In this document: positions 62,105 through 64,000 of the stretch, piece after piece
How positions within the stretch are numbered: the first letter of the stretch is position 1
How the letters are laid out: the number at the start of each line of letters is the position of its first letter
From: Yuukianura sp. NJ FZ-2021
Lineage: Eukaryota
Assembly (NCBI GenBank): GCA_046563655.1
Contig: CM102285.1
Coordinates: 15,190,001-15,254,000, forward strand
Direction: 5' to 3'
DNA length: 64,000 nt
Made by a program: the position numbers and the translations under genes
Notes under the pieces: generated by a model
Databases searched by the model: none
What the model was told of the DNA's origin: nothing
The model's input: the letters and a program-made list of their open reading frames with translations, nothing else

Positions 62105-62734
62105 TTTTGAATTTTGGAAACGAGTTCCCGCAATTTTGTCTCAAGTCCAAGTCACCTTAACGCTAATTCTCAGAAAACAACAGAAACTGCAGGATGGGTT
62201 ATCTCAGCATTAGAGATACCCCCTTCTGCAGTTTCTGTTTTTTCTGAGAATTAGCCTTCAAGGCGACTTGGACTTGAGACAAAATGACTCAAAAACAAAA
62301 TTGTGGCGGAATTCTTGTTAGCCGACTAGGTCCGCACTCGGAATTGGAAATGTTATAAATAGACCCAGACGAGCAGCATCTTACTCCTTTTGCTTTCATA
62401 TAAAAAGGAAGAGAAACCAAAATCATCTCAATCACTACACAAAAACCAACAAATGAACCAAAATGCCACCAAAAGCCATGACCTTGACCTGCTGGGTCAA
62501 AGATTTAGTCATAAGAAAAATAAGAGTGAAGGGTCATAGGTCACAACAGACGAGAACGGTGGAAGCTCCACTGGATGGAGTGAAGAGGAAAAAACTTGGT
62601 GAGCTTCCCTTTTATATGACGAGGGAAGGAGTAGGATTCCTTTGGATTTTACTCTTTTGGAGTTGGGGGTGGTGAAGACAGTGAGGTGGCAATGGCACAA
62701 ATGCATGTGGGGACCATCCCAACTCCAAACCCCC
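62105..62734 (-). mobile_element. Composite multi-palindrome repeat, copy B (630 bp), inverted relative to copy A, upstream of RPB11
   Basis: Reverse-complement match to 32602-33267 along its whole length. Confidence 0.8.
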
Positions 62735-62974
62735 CAACAACATCTTTTCACAAATTCAAAATCCAATGTTTTGACATGTTATGCATCTATTCCCTGAACA
62801 ACTTGATTGATAATTCAATCGACTAATTAACTAAAATAAGCGTTAATTGGAGATGACAATAATTAAAAATAACCGAAGAAGAAACAGGTCCTGTTTGTTT
62901 ACATAAGAAAGTGTCTCCTCTCCTCTGCCTTCATCTCTCGAACGAAGTCAAAAACGTGAATGAGAAGAATTTGT

Positions 62975-63110
62975 TGAGCTTCCCTTTTATATGCGAGACG
63001 AAAGGAGTAGAACGAAGGGAGATTTTACTCTTTTGGAGTTGGATGTTGGGGGAGGGAGTGGGTGGCAATGGAAAAAATGCATGTGGGGACCATCCCAACT
63101 CCTAACCCCC
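62975..63110 (-). repeat. Partial third copy (C) of the 5' module of the A/B repeat
   Basis: Shares ggagttgggatggtccccacatgcattttttccattgccacc..ccaactccaaaagagta..ctactcctt..catataaaagggaagctca with copy A, then diverges. Confidence 0.8.
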
Positions 63111-63254
63111 AAAAATCAAACATTTTGACTGAAAAAACGAAGAAAGTTCCTCAGAACAGGCAAAATCTATTGGAGTTCGCTCCGTTTCAATTTTATTTTG
63201 GTTTTTGAACACCAAACTCACACCTCTCCTCCATACAGGGCAAGGTCAGTTGAG

Positions 63255-63462
63255 TAAGAGGTTGGGGATTACCTCATGTTATTTCGATTTTGGGACTTTT
63301 CAAACTTTTCATTTCGGTACATCGTAGTCATAACAATGCAGCCATTTTTTTTAAATTTTGCATACGAATTGGTACCAATTTTTGGGATTGGTACCAAAAT
63401 TGGTACCAATTTTTGTTTTTTTCATTTTTTCGTCAACAAGTGAGGTAGTACCCAACCTCTTA
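63255..63462. mobile_element. Small MITE (~208 bp) with 22-bp TIRs
   Basis: taagaggttggggattacctca (63255-63276) / tgaggtagtacccaacctctta (63441-63462), 20 of 22 matching; TA- or TTAA-like ends; three internal ttggtaccaa palindromes. Confidence 0.75.
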
Positions 63463-63831
63463 ACGGCAAAACAAACAAAACAACAATTTTCCGTTGTCAA
63501 GGAACCTTGATACAGGGGTTCTAAAAGCTATTCAATTTCACTTTTTCTACATCCTTTCCCCAAATTCTCTTTGTCCTATTCTTAGGAAAGTTTTTTTAAA
63601 AAACTTTTTTTTTTTTTTTTTCGAAATTTTGGCCACGGAAAAAACTGAAGTCTATATGCTAAGATTTTCTCTGCGGCGGCCTTTGCTTTCTCTCAAATTG
63701 AAAGAGATTCCGAGGGGAAAGTCCTTTTCCGAATCCAAAATATCGATTTTCCTTCTACGAACTATACCTTTAGGACTACACCAGCAGAGTGTGTGTAGTT
63801 TGTGAGCAGAGTGTTGGTCAAAGGTCAAAGG

Positions 63832-63999
63832 TTAAATGGAAAGTGGGATTTGTGCAGTGGAGGAGTGCGGGGAGAGATCAGTTTTGTCCAACGATCCAAT
63901 CAAGTATCGACGACAAATTTTCGTGATGTCCCTGCTGGACTTTCTCCTCGGATTCCTCATGCTCTCTATCTGGTCATTTAGATCATCATTCTCCCTTCC
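63832..63999 (-). CDS. Possible C-terminal coding fragment of a gene beyond the right edge of the window
   Basis: Open frame GRENDDLNDQIESMRNPRRKSSRDITKICRRYLIGSLDKTDLSPHSSTAQIPLSI*, with a GC content higher than its flank; no family recognised. Confidence 0.35.
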   Translation of the reverse strand, partial: GRENDDLNDQIESMRNPRRKSSRDITKICRRYLIGSLDKTDLSPHSSTAQIPLSI

Positions 64000-64000
64000 T

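Overview
Gene-dense eukaryotic DNA, most likely from an arthropod with a compact genome (AT-rich, mostly 55-100-nt GT-AG introns; RabX6-, furrowed- and FAMeT/DM9-type genes). I reconstructed 17 spliced protein-coding genes by hand: G-alpha-s, a ~3350-aa NCOA6-like coactivator, COX6C, EIPR1/TSSC1, eIF1A, LTV1, TRAPPC12, DAP1, CCDC103, CASC3/Barentsz, V-ATPase c'' (ATP6V0B), RabX6, a FAMeT+DM9 protein, a furrowed-like selectin, BAF and RPB11, plus probable gene fragments at both window edges. Non-coding structure includes a hAT-type MITE with a perfect 8-bp TSD, several foldback/MITE elements and a 390-bp tandem repeat. The most striking pattern is a palindromic repeat family carrying E2F- and CHR-like motifs. 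Its four conserved ends all face a housekeeping start codon 135-195 bp away, and two long copies bracket a 28.8-kb gene block as inverted repeats. Also notable are a highly self-complementary oversized CCDC103 intron, a rod-like fold downstream of NCOA6, and strong enrichment of the perfect DR1 13-mer AGGTCAAAGGTCA. Gene identities come from recalled family motifs; no database search or folding program was run.
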